From the NCBI GenBank assembly GCA_021161905.1, contig JAGGZT010000012.1, positions 17,675-81,674 on the forward strand: a DNA stretch of 64,000 nucleotides, read 5' to 3'. The position numbers were made by a program, and so were the translations under genes. Shown in pieces: positions 50,895 through 61,793 of this stretch. The DNA is from Acidobacteriota bacterium. Its GTDB lineage: Bacteria > Acidobacteriota > B3-B38 > Guanabaribacteriales > JAGGZT01. The notes beneath the pieces are model-generated. The model worked only from the letters and a program-made list of their open reading frames with translations, was not told the origin of the DNA and did not search any database. The number at the start of each line of letters is the position of its first letter. The stretch's first letter is position 1.

Positions 50895-51023
50895 CCTCGT
50901 CTGGTTTTATGAGTTTAACTGATGACCTAAAACTCAATTAGGAACAAACACGAATTTAATGTTATAGTAAGGAGGAAAAGGTTGTCAATTGCGAATCTTG
51001 CACTTAATTTAAGAGAAAAGAAG

Positions 51024-51992
51024 ATGAGCTTGAGAAAGATGGAAGAAATAGAGGTGGTGGTCGGTCCTGGAGAAACGGGGACGAGGCTCGATATCTTTCT
51101 TATGCGTTATTGCAGGAAGCACACCAGGGCACAAATACAGCGACTGATAGATGAGGGGCTGATCCTAGTCGATGGAGAGGTGAAAAAGCGGAGCTACCGC
51201 GTAAAGGAGGGGGAGCGGGTAAAAGGAACCCTTAAACCTCCGCCAGCTATAAAACTCGAGCCGGAGGAGATCCCTCTCCATATCGTCTATGAGGACGACG
51301 AATTGGTGGTGGTGAACAAACCTCCGGGAATGGTGGTTCACCCTTCATCAGGCCATTTCAAAAGCACCCTGGTAAATGCCTTGCTTCACCATTGCACAAC
51401 GCTCTCTGAGGGAAGTGATCCTGTAAGACCGGGTATCGTCCATCGGCTCGACAAGGGAACATCTGGGCTTATGGTGGTGGCGAAGAACAACTTCGCCCAC
51501 AAGATCCTTGGGGAACAGTTCCAGCAACACCTGATAAAGAAGGAGTACTTCGCCCTCTGTTGGGGTGAACTTAAGGACGACGAAAGGAAAATAGAGGCAC
51601 CAATAGGGAGAAACAAGAAAAACCGAAAGAAATACGCTGTCATTCCCGAGGGGAAAGAGGCGATAACTATCGTTAAGGTGAAGGAGCGTTTCTCCGGTTT
51701 TACCTTAGTCTCCGCCTCACCCCTCACCGGGAGAACGCATCAGATCCGAGTTCATCTTTCTCATATCGGCCATCCCTTAGTAGGGGATCCCCTCTATGGT
51801 GGAGCGCGCATCAAGGGCAAGGTGGAAGAGGAGCTTGCTCAGATAATAAAGGACCTCAACCGCCCTGCTCTCCACTCAGCCAAACTCGGCTTCTATCATC
51901 CGGAAAGCGGGGAGTATTTAGAATTCTACCAACCCCTACCAGACGATATGAAAGGATTGCTCGACTACCTTAGGGAAGGACGAGGCATTTGA
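51024..51992 (+). CDS. rluD: RluA-family 23S rRNA pseudouridine synthase, RluD-like
   Basis: S4 domain RLD, VVNKPPGMVVHP, GIVHRLDKGTSG, TGRTHQIRVH, GDPLYG; start ATG 51024 or 51039. Confidence 0.88.
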   Translation: MSLRKMEEIEVVVGPGETGTRLDIFLMRYCRKHTRAQIQRLIDEGLILVDGEVKKRSYRVKEGERVKGTLKPPPAIKLEPEEIPLHIVYEDDELVVVNKPPGMVVHPSSGHFKSTLVNALLHHCTTLSEGSDPVRPGIVHRLDKGTSGLMVVAKNNFAHKILGEQFQQHLIKKEYFALCWGELKDDERKIEAPIGRNKKNRKKYAVIPEGKEAITIVKVKERFSGFTLVSASPLTGRTHQIRVHLSHIGHPLVGDPLYGGARIKGKVEEELAQIIKDLNRPALHSAKLGFYHPESGEYLEFYQPLPDDMKGLLDYLREGRGI

Positions 51993-52000
51993 ATTTTTCG

Positions 52001-52029
52001 TTGCCATAACCTCGCAATTATGGTATTAT
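52001..52029 (+). promoter_or_regulatory. Promoter of the EF-G paralogue
   Basis: TTGCCA (52001-52006), 17 nt, TGn-TATTAT (52024-52029). Confidence 0.65.
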
Positions 52030-52066
52030 TTTTTCCGTTTAAAACTAATGGAAAGAAGGGGATGGA

Positions 52067-54163
52067 GTGATGAAGGATTACGACATCAAGAATTTGAGGA
52101 ATGTCGCTCTAATAGGACACGGTGCATCGGGAAAAACCTCTCTCGCCTCGGCTATACTGTTCGACACCGGGGCGGTGAATCGCTTGGGGCGGGTCGAAGA
52201 GGGAAATACGGTAACCGACTACGACCCGGAAGAGATAGAACGAGGGATCTCGCTAAGCACCGCCTTATGCTTCAGCGAGTGGAAAAACCATAAGATAACC
52301 ATCATCGACACCCCCGGTTATGCCAACTTTATCTCCGATGCCTATGCAGGCATCAGGGTAGCCGACTCCGCGGTGGTTCTCATCTGTGGCGTTGCCGGGG
52401 TAGAGGTCCAGACGGAGAAGGTATGGAAATTCGCCGATAAGGAGGGGCTTCCCCGTCTCATCGTGATAAACAAGCTGGACCGGGAGAGGGCAAGCTTCTC
52501 CCGGGCGCTGGAATCGGTGACGAAGAGATTCGGTCGAGGGGTGGTTCCCATTGCTCTTCCCATTGGGGAGGAGAAGGAATTCCGGGGAGTGGTGGACCTC
52601 ATAAAGAACAAAGCATATCTTTACTCTGATGATGCTTCGGGGAAGTTCGAAGAGAAAGAGATTCCGGACGAGCTTGCTTCTCTGGTTGAGGAAAAGCGGG
52701 AGAATTTAATCGAGATGGTCGCCGAGATGGATGAAGAGCTGATGGAGAAGTTCTTTGACGCTGGCACCCTGAGCGAAGAGGAACTTATCGCCGGGTTAAA
52801 GAAGGCAGTTCTTGAGGGGAAGATCTTCCCCGTGTTACCCCTTTCCGCCACCAAAAACATCGGGGTGGAACAGCTTCTTTCCGCGGTGATCGACTATCTA
52901 CCTTCTCCCGCTGATCGGGGTGAGGCAAAGGGGAAGAATCCCGAAGACGGCTCGGAAATGACAAGGAAGCCGTCCCCGGATGAACCGTATTCAGCTTTCG
53001 TCTTCAAGACGATGGCTGATCCTTTTGCCGGGAAGATAACCCTTTTCCGGGTGTACTCGGGAACGATAAAAGCGGATTCCACCATCTATAATGTGAACAA
53101 GAAGAAGAACGAAAAGCTCGGCTCCCTCTTCTTCCTTCAGGGGAAGAACCAGGTGGCAACTGCGATGGTAAAAGCAGGGGAGATAGCAGGGGTGGCGAAA
53201 CTGAAGGAAACAGCCACCAACGACACCTTAGCTGATCCCAATTCCCCCATCATCTACCCCCCGATTCCCTTCCTCAAGCCATCGATATCGTTCGCCATCA
53301 AACCGAAAGCTCGGGGGGACGAGGAGAAGATAAGCAATGCCTTGAACCGACTCCTCGAGGAGGATCAAACATTTACCTTGGAGCGCGACCCGCAAACCAA
53401 GGAGCTCATCATCTCAGGACAGGGACAGCTTCATGTGGAGGTGATCGTTGCCAAGCTAAAGAAGAAATTCGGGGTGGATGTCCTCCTCGCCCAGCCCAAG
53501 GTTCCCTATCGGGAAACCATCACCGCCAAGGCGAAAGCCCAAGGGAAATACAAAAAGCAGACCGGCGGTAGGGGGCAATATGGCGATTGCTGGATCGAGA
53601 TCGAGCCACTTCCCCGGGGCAAGGATTTCGAATTCGTGGACAAGATATTCGGTGGCGCTATACCCAAGAACTTTATTCCCGCTATTGAGAAAGGGATCCA
53701 GGAAGCAAGACAGACCGGAGTATTGGCGGGATACCCGGTGGTTGACTTCAAAGTAACCCTCTTCGATGGGTCATACCATGTGGTCGATTCCTCAGAGCTC
53801 GCCTTCAAGATCGCTGGCTCTTTAGCCTTCAAGAAGGCGATGGAACAAGCAAAACCCGTGCTCCTCGAGCCGATAATGAATGTGGAGATAACCGTCCCTG
53901 AGGATGCGCTCGGCGATGTAATGGGAGATCTAAACAGCAGGCGAGGTAAGATAATGGGAGTGGAGGCAGAGGGAGAATATCAAGTCATAAGGGCTCAGGT
54001 ACCGATGGCGGAGATGCTCTCCTATGTGCAAGACCTAAACTCGCTTACTGGTGGAAGGGGAGTGTTCGAGATGGAGTTCTCGCATTACGACGAGGTTCCC
54101 GCCCACATCGCTCAGAAGATAATAGAGGAAGCCCAAAAAGCAAAGGAAGAGGAAAAGGAATAG
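52067..54163 (+). CDS. fusA: Elongation factor G paralogue (EF-G2 type)
   Basis: Full EF-G architecture (GKT, DTPG, NKLD, GGRGQYG, DGSYH.VDSS) with a divergent G domain; outside the str operon. Confidence 0.88.
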   Translation: MMKDYDIKNLRNVALIGHGASGKTSLASAILFDTGAVNRLGRVEEGNTVTDYDPEEIERGISLSTALCFSEWKNHKITIIDTPGYANFISDAYAGIRVADSAVVLICGVAGVEVQTEKVWKFADKEGLPRLIVINKLDRERASFSRALESVTKRFGRGVVPIALPIGEEKEFRGVVDLIKNKAYLYSDDASGKFEEKEIPDELASLVEEKRENLIEMVAEMDEELMEKFFDAGTLSEEELIAGLKKAVLEGKIFPVLPLSATKNIGVEQLLSAVIDYLPSPADRGEAKGKNPEDGSEMTRKPSPDEPYSAFVFKTMADPFAGKITLFRVYSGTIKADSTIYNVNKKKNEKLGSLFFLQGKNQVATAMVKAGEIAGVAKLKETATNDTLADPNSPIIYPPIPFLKPSISFAIKPKARGDEEKISNALNRLLEEDQTFTLERDPQTKELIISGQGQLHVEVIVAKLKKKFGVDVLLAQPKVPYRETITAKAKAQGKYKKQTGGRGQYGDCWIEIEPLPRGKDFEFVDKIFGGAIPKNFIPAIEKGIQEARQTGVLAGYPVVDFKVTLFDGSYHVVDSSELAFKIAGSLAFKKAMEQAKPVLLEPIMNVEITVPEDALGDVMGDLNSRRGKIMGVEAEGEYQVIRAQVPMAEMLSYVQDLNSLTGGRGVFEMEFSHYDEVPAHIAQKIIEEAQKAKEEEKE

Positions 54164-54192
54164 AATCTCAGGTAGAGAGAGTATAAAAAAAG

Positions 54193-54223
54193 AAAAAAGG
54201 GAGTGTTTTTCACTCCCTTTTTT
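54193..54223. terminator. Bidirectional Rho-independent terminator between the fusA paralogue and rplQ
   Basis: AAAAAAGGGAGTG-TTTTT-CACTCCCTTTTTT perfect inverted repeat between convergent genes. Confidence 0.9.
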
Positions 54224-54256
54224 GTTTGTGTTGTGTTTAAACGGATAAAGACAACT

Positions 54257-54685
54257 CTAAGTGGAGGTTTTCTTCTTTTTCTCTTTCTCCTCCCGTTTTT
54301 TCTTCTTCTCTTCCAACTTTTCCTTCCAATTACTCCCTAAGATCTCCAAAACCGCCATCTCCGCCCGATCACCCTTCCTTGGCTCGGCACGAAGGATCCG
54401 AGTATATCCTCCGTTTCTCTCGGCGAACCGGGGGGCAATGGTATCAAACAACTTAGCCACCACTTCCTTCTTCCGTACGAAGCGAAGCGCCAACCGCCGA
54501 GAGTGAAGATCATCCCTCTTCGCCAAGGTGATCATCTTCTCTGCAATGGAGCGAGCCTCTTTAGCCTTGGCTACCGTGGTCAGGATCCGCTCGTGCTCAA
54601 ACAAGGAGGTGACCAGATTGCGAAGCATCGCCATCCTATGGGCAGTGGTTCGCCCCAGCTTCCTCCGGGCTACTCGGTGCCGCAT
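54257..54685 (-). CDS. rplQ: 50S ribosomal protein L17
   Basis: MRHR...[25 protein letters not shown]. Confidence 0.98.
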   Translation of the reverse strand: MRHRVARRKLGRTTAHRMAMLRNLVTSLFEHERILTTVAKAKEARSIAEKMITLAKRDDLHSRRLALRFVRKKEVVAKLFDTIAPRFAERNGGYTRILRAEPRKGDRAEMAVLEILGSNWKEKLEEKKKKREEKEKKKKTST

Positions 54686-54709
54686 CGTCCCATACTCCTT
54701 TCCTTAAAA

Positions 54710-55708
54710 TTACGAAACTGCCTTTTTCTTCAACCCCTTGAGCTTCTCCGGATCGATCTTCATCCCCAATTGCAACCCCATACTCGCCAGGATCTCCTTT
54801 ATCTCGCTCAGCGACTTCCTGCCGAAGTTCTTCGTCTTGAGCATCTCCTGCTCCGTCTTCTGAACGAGATCTGCTATGGTCTTGATATTAGCGCTCTTCA
54901 AGCAGTTATAGGACCTTACCGATAGTTCAAGTTCATCCACTGGTTTCATAAGATATTGCAGGATCCGATCCCCTTCCTTGTCCTCTTCCCCTTCCTCCTC
55001 TTCAGCAGGTTCCTCAAAGTCAATGAATATATTGAGATGCTTTCTCAAAAGCATCGCCGCCTGCGCCAACGCGTCCTTAGGATCTAAACAGCCATTGGTC
55101 CAGATCTCGAGGATCAGTCGGTCATAATCGGTGGTCTGCCCTAAACGAGCGTCCTCCACCAGATAACGGACCTTCTTCACCGGGGAATGGATGGAATCTA
55201 TCGGGATGAACCCCGGCTCTAAATCCTCATCGAAGTTGCGATCGGCGGGAACATACCCTCTGCCCCATTTTACCCGCATCTCAATGCGGAGGCTCCCTCC
55301 CTTGCTAAGGGTAGCGATGTAGATATCCTTATCCACTATCTCAACATCGTTTCCAGTCTCTATATCCCCGGAGCGGATCTCTCCCGGCTTGTCCGCTTCG
55401 AGGTATATTGTCTTCGGTCCTTCCGACTTGAGCTTGAGAGGTATCTGTTTCAGATTGAGGATGATGTCGATCACATCCTCCACCACCCCAGGAAGGGAGC
55501 AAAATTCGTGGGGCGCCCCCTCTATCCTAACAGCGGTAATCGCTGCCCCTTCGATGGAGGAAAGAAGCACCCGGCGAAGGGCATTACCGAGGGTAACCCC
55601 AAAACCCCGCTCCAGGGGCTGGGCGATGAAACGCCCATAGGTGGAGCTAAGTTCATTGGGGTCAAAATCCAACCTCTTTGGACGCTGAAAGCCCTTCCAA
55701 AGTAGCAT
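54710..55708 (-). CDS. rpoA: RNA polymerase alpha subunit
   Basis: [44 protein letters not shown]. Confidence 0.98.
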   Translation of the reverse strand: MLLWKGFQRPKRLDFDPNELSSTYGRFIAQPLERGFGVTLGNALRRVLLSSIEGAAITAVRIEGAPHEFCSLPGVVEDVIDIILNLKQIPLKLKSEGPKTIYLEADKPGEIRSGDIETGNDVEIVDKDIYIATLSKGGSLRIEMRVKWGRGYVPADRNFDEDLEPGFIPIDSIHSPVKKVRYLVEDARLGQTTDYDRLILEIWTNGCLDPKDALAQAAMLLRKHLNIFIDFEEPAEEEEGEEDKEGDRILQYLMKPVDELELSVRSYNCLKSANIKTIADLVQKTEQEMLKTKNFGRKSLSEIKEILASMGLQLGMKIDPEKLKGLKKKAVS

Positions 55709-55744
55709 TTTTACCTCACCTTAAGGTTAAATTTCATTGAGAGC

Positions 55745-56374
55745 TTACTTGGAGTAAAGCTCCACGATGAGCTGCTCCTGGACCGGAAAGTCGATATCCT
55801 CCCGAGAGGGATACTCTACCACCTTCCCTACCAGGTTATCGTAATCCACCTCCAGCCATTTGGGTACTGGCCTATTCTGGGTGAGCTGCATCGCCTGGGT
55901 AATCGCTTCGAGCTTTTTGCTTTTTTCCCTCACCGCGATCGTATCTCCTTTCTTCACCAGATAGGAGGGGATATCCACCTTCTTCCCATTCACCTCGATG
56001 TGTCCGTGACGAACCATCTGCCTTGCCTGAGGCCGAGAGCTGGCAAACCCCAGCCGAAAGACCACATTATCCAGTCTCCGCTCCAGAAGGGAAAGAAGGT
56101 TCTCGCCAGTGATACCCCGTTTTCGCTCCGCCTTCTTGAAATAGATGCGGAACTGTCGCTCAAGCACCCCGTAGATCCGTCTTACTTTCTGCTTTTCCCT
56201 TAGCTGAAGGCCATAACCGATTATCCTCAGCCTCCTGGCTCTGCCATGCTCGCCAGGAGGATAAGGTCTCTTTTCAAGGGCACACTTATCTGAGAAACAC
56301 CTTTCCCCTTTAAGGAAAAGCTTCGTTCCCTCACGTCTGCAAAGACGACAAACCGCCCCTCTATATCTCGCCAC
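55745..56374 (-). CDS. rpsD: 30S ribosomal protein S4
   Basis: [39 protein letters not shown]. Confidence 0.98.
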   Translation of the reverse strand: MARYRGAVCRLCRREGTKLFLKGERCFSDKCALEKRPYPPGEHGRARRLRIIGYGLQLREKQKVRRIYGVLERQFRIYFKKAERKRGITGENLLSLLERRLDNVVFRLGFASSRPQARQMVRHGHIEVNGKKVDIPSYLVKKGDTIAVREKSKKLEAITQAMQLTQNRPVPKWLEVDYDNLVGKVVEYPSREDIDFPVQEQLIVELYSK

Positions 56375-56413
56375 TCCTCATACCTCCTTAAAATAACTTA
56401 TAACCCATAGAGA

Positions 56414-56809
56414 TTAGACCCGACGCCTCTTCGGTGGGCGACAACCGTTATGGGGAATAGGAGTGACATCCTTGATCGACTTTATCTGGAGCCCCACCGA
56501 CTGAAGCGCCCGAATAGCCGTTTCCCTACCAGAACCAGGACCCTTTACCCGAACATCCACACTCTTTACCCCATGCTCCTTTGCCTTATTCCCCGCCGCT
56601 ATCGCTGCCTGCTGAGCAGCGAAAGGGGTTCCTTTACGCGATCCCTTAAAGCCCACCGTTCCCGCACTCGACCAGCAAAGGACATTTCCCTGCGGATCGG
56701 TTATGGTAACTATCGTATTGTTAAAGGTCGCCTGAATATAGGCGATCGCTTCGGGAACATTCTTCTTGACCTTCTTGGGACCTCTTCTTCTCCTCTTTTT
56801 TCCCGCCAT
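56414..56809 (-). CDS. rpsK: 30S ribosomal protein S11
   Basis: [38 protein letters not shown]. Confidence 0.98.
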   Translation of the reverse strand: MAGKKRRRRGPKKVKKNVPEAIAYIQATFNNTIVTITDPQGNVLCWSSAGTVGFKGSRKGTPFAAQQAAIAAGNKAKEHGVKSVDVRVKGPGSGRETAIRALQSVGLQIKSIKDVTPIPHNGCRPPKRRRV

Positions 56810-56820
56810 TGCTCACCACC

Positions 56821-57195
56821 TCATCTTTTCTTTCTTCTCATAGAGCTGAGTCGTGGACCCTTCCAAGTACGGGCATTGGTGTGGGTCCTTTGGCCACGAA
56901 CAGGTAACCCCCGCTTGTGCCTCAATCCCCGATAGCAGCCGATCTCTATCAACCGCTTAATGCTTAAGGAAACCTCTTTCCGCAATTCCCCTTCCACCTT
57001 TATCCCACTGTTATCAATGACCTTCCGTATCCGGCTTATCTCCTCTTCGGAAAGGTTCTTGACCCTCTTGCTCGGATCCACCCCTGCCTTGGCTAAAATC
57101 ATCTTGGAAAGAGTAGGACCTATCCCATAGATATAGGTTAAGCCCACATCGATCCGTTTTTCTCGGGGAAGGTCAACACCAACAATTCGCGCCAC
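56821..57195 (-). CDS. rpsM: 30S ribosomal protein S13
   Basis: [33 protein letters not shown]. Confidence 0.98.
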   Translation of the reverse strand: MARIVGVDLPREKRIDVGLTYIYGIGPTLSKMILAKAGVDPSKRVKNLSEEEISRIRKVIDNSGIKVEGELRKEVSLSIKRLIEIGCYRGLRHKRGLPVRGQRTHTNARTWKGPRLSSMRRKKR

Positions 57196-57215
57196 TTCCC
57201 TACCTCCTTAAGAGA

Positions 57216-57329
57216 TTAACCCTGACGTTGTTTATGTCTTGGGTTCTTACAGATAACCCTTACCACGCCTTTTCTCTTTATAATCCTACACTTATCACAG
57301 ATCTTCTTTACCGATGCTCTGACCTTCAT
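57216..57329 (-). CDS. rpmJ: 50S ribosomal protein L36 (below the ORF-track cutoff)
   Basis: Hand translation [37 protein letters not shown]; between infA and rpsM. Confidence 0.97.
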   Translation of the reverse strand: MKVRASVKKICDKCRIIKRKGVVRVICKNPRHKQRQG

Positions 57330-57362
57330 CGGAAACTCCTTCCTCCCTTCTTCTTCCCTACC

Positions 57363-57581
57363 TTACTTATACCGGTAGACTATCCTCCCCCGAGTAAGAT
57401 CGTAGGGGGAGAGCTCCACCTTCACCTTGTCCCCGGGCAGAATGCGGATGAAATTCTTCCTCATCCGCCCAGAGATGTGGGCAAGGACCTGGAGCTTATT
57501 CTCCAGCTCCACCCGGAACATAGCATTCGGTAGGGGCTCAATCACCGTACCTATTACCTCGATCGGCTCCTCCTTAGGCAT
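57363..57581 (-). CDS. infA: Translation initiation factor IF-1
   Basis: [34 protein letters not shown]. Confidence 0.98.
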   Translation of the reverse strand: MPKEEPIEVIGTVIEPLPNAMFRVELENKLQVLAHISGRMRKNFIRILPGDKVKVELSPYDLTRGRIVYRYK

Positions 57582-57584
57582 ACA

Positions 57585-58253
57585 CTAACCTCTTCCTTCT
57601 TTTCCCTTAACTCTTTCTAGGACAGAAATGATCGAGCTGAATACTTCCTCTATCGATCCCTCACCATCTATATCCACCAGTTTGCCTTGATTCCGATAGT
57701 ATTTGATAACCGGTGCTGTCCTCTCCGCCGCTACCTGAAGCCTATGCCTCATCACCTCTTCACTATCATCACTCCTTCGCACCAACCTGGTTCCGCAGCC
57801 ATCACAGATCCCCTCTCTTTTTGGGGGGGTAGTAGATAGATTATAACATCTACCGCAGGAGGGGCAATAGAGTCGATTAGAAAGCCGGGAGACGATCTTA
57901 TCCTCGGAAACAATGAGGTTCAAAACCACATCGACCGCCAAACCCCGATTTTCAAGCATCTTATCAAGCATCTCCGCCTGGGGCACCGTGCGGGGGAAAC
58001 CATCGAGGATGAAGCCCTTCTTGGCATCAGGGTTCTCAATCCGTTCTGCAATCATCTCGACGATCAAATCATCAGGTACCAGCTCCCCAGCATCGAGATA
58101 CCCTTTAACTTTCTCTCCCAGATCGCTCCCTGAAGCAACCTCAGCTCGCAACATATCGCCAGTGGATATATGAGCAAGAGAAAATCTCTCCTCGATAAGC
58201 TTCGCCTGCGTTCCCTTTCCTGTGCCCGGTGGACCTAAAAGCACCACTATCAT
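57585..58253 (-). CDS. adk: Adenylate kinase (zinc LID)
   Basis: GPPGTGKGTQA, HISTGDMLR, LDGFPRT, CPSC...CDGC. Confidence 0.97.
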   Translation of the reverse strand: MIVVLLGPPGTGKGTQAKLIEERFSLAHISTGDMLRAEVASGSDLGEKVKGYLDAGELVPDDLIVEMIAERIENPDAKKGFILDGFPRTVPQAEMLDKMLENRGLAVDVVLNLIVSEDKIVSRLSNRLYCPSCGRCYNLSTTPPKREGICDGCGTRLVRRSDDSEEVMRHRLQVAAERTAPVIKYYRNQGKLVDIDGEGSIEEVFSSIISVLERVKGKEGRG

Positions 58254-59639
58254 CTATCCCCTCCTTCCCCTGATCCTCGTCTTCCTCATAAATCCTTCAT
58301 AATGTCGCATAAGGAGCTGAGATTCTACCTGTTGCATAAAGTCCATCGCTACCCCAATCACAATGAGAAGGGAGGTGCCGCCGAAATAGAACCTCACCCC
58401 CAACCCCTCAGTTACCCACATCGGCAGATGAGCATCAAGCCAAGGACCGATCACGGGAATGGAACCCACCTTGAACCCATACATCAGAAATGTGGGAAGA
58501 ACCGCTACCGCCGATAGATACAACGCCCCGCCAAAGGTTATCCTGCTCAGGATGAAATCGATGTATTCCGCCGTCCGCCTCCCGGGACGGATCCCAGGGA
58601 TAAAACCCCCGTATTTCCTAAGGTTGTCGGCGACATCGACAGGGTTGAAGATAATGGCGGTATAGAAATAGCAGAAGAAGATTATTGCGATAACATAAAT
58701 GAGCTCATAAAGAGGCTCTCCAGTCCGGAAATAGCTGGCTATCGTCTGCGCCCAGGGCTTCTTTATGAAGGTAACCACCATCTGAGGAAGCATAACGATG
58801 GAAACGGCGAAGATGATGGGGATGACGCCACCGGTATTCACCCTTAGAGGAAGGTGGGTGCTCTGTCCGCCATAGACCCTTCGCCCCATAACCCTCTTGG
58901 CATAGGAAACCGGTATCCGGCGTTGCCCCCGTTCAACGAAAACAATGAAGGCGATCACCAATACCATAAAGAGACCAATAAAAAGGAACTTGAGCAGGGA
59001 AAGGTTTCCTGAACGGAGATCGCCAAAGGTGGTTATAACGGCGTTGGGCACCCGGGCAACGATACCAGCAAATATAATAAGAGAGATACCGTTTCCTATA
59101 CCCCTTGCCGATATCTGCTCTCCAAGCCACATAATGAATATGGTACCGGTGGTAAGGGTGAGCACCGTCATTAATCGGAATGACCAACCGGGATGAGAAA
59201 CAATAGGAGCACCGGAAATAGGAGCGCGCATCTTCTCCAACCCAATGCTTATGCCCAAAGCCTGAATGGCGGATATGAGGACGGTGCCATAACGGGTGTA
59301 CTGATTAATTTTCTTCCGTCCCAGTTCCCCCTCCTTGGAAAGACGCTCGAGATAGGGCCAAACTACGGTTAGCAATTGAAGGATGATCGATGCGCTGATA
59401 TACGGCATAATACCGAGGGAGAAGATGGTGAAATTCCTCAGAGCTCCCCCGGAGAAAAGATCCATTAGCCCAAACACACCTCCCTTAAACCGCTCAAAGA
59501 ACTCAGCTACCGCCTCTCCATTAACCCCAGGGGTAGGTATGTGCGCCCCTACCCGATAAACCGCAAGGAGGAGAAAGGTAAAGATCAACCTCTTCCTTAA
59601 GTCAGGAATACTAAAGATGTTTCTCAGACTCTCAATCAT
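58254..59639 (-). CDS. secY: Preprotein translocase subunit SecY
   Basis: [47 protein letters not shown]. Confidence 0.98.
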   Translation of the reverse strand: MIESLRNIFSIPDLRKRLIFTFLLLAVYRVGAHIPTPGVNGEAVAEFFERFKGGVFGLMDLFSGGALRNFTIFSLGIMPYISASIILQLLTVVWPYLERLSKEGELGRKKINQYTRYGTVLISAIQALGISIGLEKMRAPISGAPIVSHPGWSFRLMTVLTLTTGTIFIMWLGEQISARGIGNGISLIIFAGIVARVPNAVITTFGDLRSGNLSLLKFLFIGLFMVLVIAFIVFVERGQRRIPVSYAKRVMGRRVYGGQSTHLPLRVNTGGVIPIIFAVSIVMLPQMVVTFIKKPWAQTIASYFRTGEPLYELIYVIAIIFFCYFYTAIIFNPVDVADNLRKYGGFIPGIRPGRRTAEYIDFILSRITFGGALYLSAVAVLPTFLMYGFKVGSIPVIGPWLDAHLPMWVTEGLGVRFYFGGTSLLIVIGVAMDFMQQVESQLLMRHYEGFMRKTRIRGRRG

Positions 59640-60091
59640 CGTTCTATGACCTCAACCTCTCCCCCGGCTCCCTTTATCTTCTCTATGGCTCCCCGACTGA
59701 ACTTGTGGGCAACCACCTTCAGGGGCCGGTCTATTTCACCATCACCCAATATCTTAACCCCATCCTTCACCTTCTTTATTATACCCCGCTCGAGGAGCAA
59801 CTCCGGAGTGACCTCGGTATTCGGGGGGAAATCCGCCAACCGCTCAACATTTACCTCCGCATACTCCTTGCGGAATATGTTGGTGAACCCCCGCTTGGGC
59901 ACCCGGCGATGGAGGGGCATCTGCCCTCCCTCAAAACCAAGCGACTGATGAAAACCGGAACGGGACTTCTGTCCATCCCTACCCCGGCAGGAGCTCCTTC
60001 CATGACCCGAACCTATCCCCCTACCTACTCGCTTCTTCCTCTTTAATGCTCCCTTAGGCGGTTTCAAATTGGCTAAAGTAATCTCCTCCAT
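59636..60091 (-). CDS. rplO: 50S ribosomal protein L15
   Basis: [25 protein letters not shown]; start placed at ATG 60091. Confidence 0.97.
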   Translation of the reverse strand: MEEITLANLKPPKGALKRKKRVGRGIGSGHGRSSCRGRDGQKSRSGFHQSLGFEGGQMPLHRRVPKRGFTNIFRKEYAEVNVERLADFPPNTEVTPELLLERGIIKKVKDGVKILGDGEIDRPLKVVAHKFSRGAIEKIKGAGGEVEVIER

Positions 60092-60095
60092 CCCT

Positions 60096-60296
60096 TTACT
60101 CCTCAATGATCCTCACCAAATGAGGTATTTTCTTCACCATACCCCTTATCTCCGGGGTATCAAGACGAACCACTACCTGATTGAGCCTTCTAAGACCCAA
60201 ACCCCGTAATACCTCTCGCTGTTTCTTTGGATAACCTATGGCACTCTTTACCTGCTTAATCTTTATCGTCTTCCCCTTTTTCTGCTTGGTGACCAC
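60096..60296 (-). CDS. rpmD: 50S ribosomal protein L30
   Basis: QVKSAIG, LGLRR, IRGMV.KI.HLV. Confidence 0.95.
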   Translation of the reverse strand: MVTKQKKGKTIKIKQVKSAIGYPKKQREVLRGLGLRRLNQVVVRLDTPEIRGMVKKIPHLVRIIEE

Positions 60297-60316
60297 TTTC
60301 CTTCACCCTCTTTCTG

Positions 60317-60826
60317 CTACTCTCTGTTAACTATATCCTTACCTCTTATCCGAGCCACCCTCTCCGGATCCTTGAGCTTGAGTAAGCCATCAAAAGTGGC
60401 CTTGACCACATTGTGAGGATTATTACTGCCAAGCGACTTGGCAAGCACATCCTTAACCCCACAGAGCTCAAGCACCACCCGCACCGCGCCACCAGCAATG
60501 ATGCCAGTACCCGGAGAGGCAGGCTTCATAAGCACCTTACTAGCACCAAATTCCCCCAGCACAGCGTGATGAAGGGTAGTATTATTAAGAGGAACCTCAA
60601 TGAGGTTCTTCTTGGCGATTTGGATCCCTTTATTTATCGCCTGAGGTACTTCCCGAGCCTTACCCAAACCATAACCAACATGACCCTTGCCATCACCCAC
60701 CACCACCAAGGCGGTAAAGCTCAGGTTCTTACCCCCTTTGACTACTTTAGTGACTCGGTTTATATAAATAACCTGATCGGTAAGCTCAAGCTCGTTGGCG
60801 TCTATCCGTTTCCTCTTAAGCAACAC
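60317..60826 (-). CDS. rpsE: 30S ribosomal protein S5
   Basis: [34 protein letters not shown]. Confidence 0.98.
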   Translation of the reverse strand: MLLKRKRIDANELELTDQVIYINRVTKVVKGGKNLSFTALVVVGDGKGHVGYGLGKAREVPQAINKGIQIAKKNLIEVPLNNTTLHHAVLGEFGASKVLMKPASPGTGIIAGGAVRVVLELCGVKDVLAKSLGSNNPHNVVKATFDGLLKLKDPERVARIRGKDIVNRE

Positions 60827-60845
60827 TTCCTCCTTTCTCCCTCAC

Positions 60846-61208
60846 TTAGAACTCAATACCTTCTTCTCTCATCGCTTCGGCAGCCGCCTTCACCCTGCCG
60901 TGATACTTATAACCTCCTCGATCAAACACTATCTTCGTGATTCCCTTCTCCTTAAGCTTCGCTGCCATAAGCTCACCCGCCAGCTTCGCCGCTGCTATGT
61001 TGCCTCCATAAGTCATCTTCGATTTGAATAAGGGATCGAGCGACGAAACCGAAGCTATGGTAACCCCTCGGGTATCGTCTATTGCCTGAAGATAAATGTG
61101 TTTAAGACTTCGAAAAACACAAACCCGAGGACGCTCTTTGGTACCCTTAACCTTTTTTCTTACCCTTAAATGTCTCCGCTTTCTCGCCTCTTCCTTAGTT
61201 AACTTCAT
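60846..61208 (-). CDS. rplR: 50S ribosomal protein L18
   Basis: [20 protein letters not shown]. Confidence 0.97.
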   Translation of the reverse strand: MKLTKEEARKRRHLRVRKKVKGTKERPRVCVFRSLKHIYLQAIDDTRGVTIASVSSLDPLFKSKMTYGGNIAAAKLAGELMAAKLKEKGITKIVFDRGGYKYHGRVKAAAEAMREEGIEF

Positions 61209-61231
61209 CGATCATCGCCCTCCAAGAATCA

Positions 61232-61777
61232 TCACTGACCACCAACTCCGGCTTTACCAACCTTCCTTCGAAGGACCTCACCTTTGTACCTTATCCCCTT
61301 ACCTTTGTAAACATCGGGTTTCCTTAAACTCCTTATGTTCGCCGCTACCTGACCAACTAACTGCTTATCGATACCGGATACGGTGAGTTTCGTTCCTCCC
61401 TCTACCTGAATGGAGATGCCTTTTGGAATGGAGAATTCGATGGGATGAGAATAACCGAGCTGGAAGATCACTTTATCTCCCTTATGCTCCGCTTTATAAC
61501 CCACCCCAACGATCTCAAGCTCCTTAGAAAACCCTTCACTAACCCCCTTTATCGCGTTGGCAAGCAAACTCCTTGTGAGACCATGAAACATCCGTTGGCT
61601 CCGAGAATCACCGGAACGCTCAACAACCGCCACCGAATTCTCCGCCCGCACCGTGATCCCCTCAGGAAGGGGGGTACGAAGCTCCCCCTTAGGACCCTTG
61701 ACTACCACCTCACTCCTGCCTATCTCTAAATTAACCCCAGCGGGAATGGATATCGGTTTCCTTCCTATCCTCGACAT
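61232..61777 (-). CDS. rplF: 50S ribosomal protein L6
   Basis: MSRIGRKPI, GVGY, LGYSHP, YKGKGIRY; start placed at ATG 61777. Confidence 0.98.
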   Translation of the reverse strand: MSRIGRKPISIPAGVNLEIGRSEVVVKGPKGELRTPLPEGITVRAENSVAVVERSGDSRSQRMFHGLTRSLLANAIKGVSEGFSKELEIVGVGYKAEHKGDKVIFQLGYSHPIEFSIPKGISIQVEGGTKLTVSGIDKQLVGQVAANIRSLRKPDVYKGKGIRYKGEVLRRKVGKAGVGGQ

Positions 61778-61793
61778 TTGCAGCCTCCTTCCC

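Noticed and set aside
50895-50960. Glycine riboswitch upstream of the AGCS symporter
   Set aside because: Too little space, and no GGAGA...CUCUCAGG aptamer motifs
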